Source: Planctomycetota bacterium (GTDB lineage: Bacteria > Planctomycetota > Phycisphaerae > Sedimentisphaerales > UBA12454). From it: 55,092 nt of DNA. The translations under genes were made by a program, and so were the position numbers. Under the pieces are notes generated by a model that was not told the origin of the DNA, made no database searches, and saw only the letters and a program-made list of their open reading frames with translations. The stretch is from positions 1 through 55,092 of the forward strand of contig JAHJUV010000090.1 in the NCBI GenBank assembly GCA_018828825.1, written 5' to 3'. Below are positions 54,927 through 55,092 of this stretch, in pieces (the first letter of the stretch is position 1; each line of letters begins with the position of its first letter).

Positions 54927-55092
54927 TTGGGTGAGAATTAAAGGGGCCAGAGGGGGTGTTGAAAAAGTCACACAAATTTTCCCTAAGCAGCTATTCTCGA
55001 AATTACAAAATCTTTCCGCCATTGCAACAAAACACGGCTGTAAATTAATTCCATTAAGCCAAAATCGCTTCGATGTCTGTTTTTGTTACGCA

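Noticed and set aside
55054-55092. Possible 3' end of a minus-strand gene running off the window (…CVTKTDIEAILA*)
   Set aside because: Only 13 codons are visible. They are too short to support a call or a function.

Overview
Chromosomal, mostly core-genome window from a diderm bacterium. Gene content and repeat families are reminiscent of Planctomycetota/PVC-type genomes, but that taxonomic guess is inference only. About 44 protein-coding genes are supported. Many sit in classic syntenic blocks: ispA-dxs-nadK, rpsB-tsf-pyrH-frr, pheA-tpiA-secG-yicC-gmk-rpoZ-coaC/coaB, dapL-folK-panC-panD-lgt, pyrE-purB and prfB. Unusual content: (i) a complete hoxF-U-Y-H-W NAD-linked bidirectional [NiFe]-hydrogenase operon followed by a stand-alone receiver-domain gene. 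(ii) An ~8.9 kb gene for a ~2960-aa secreted beta-helix protein. A subtilase cassette (I9-like propeptide plus S8 catalytic domain) is nested inside the cap of one of its beta-helix modules, and the protein ends in a dockerin-like EF-hand pair and three FN3-like domains. (iii) A four-gene envelope-signalling cluster: sigma-region-2-only membrane protein, ECF sigma, anti-sigma, secreted helical protein. (iv) Gene fusions (metX-metW, folK-deoxynucleoside kinase) and a split coaBC. (v) Several families of short palindromic or MITE-like repeats. They fill intergenic gaps, sit inside the hox operon and separate coaC from coaB. In at least two cases they are inserted in frame in conserved enzymes (ispA, folK). 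No rRNA, tRNA, CRISPR array, cas gene, transposase, integrase, phage gene or recognisable defence gene was seen. I cannot point to a clear-cut novel multi-gene system. The strongest follow-up candidates are (ii), (iii) and the in-frame repeat insertions.
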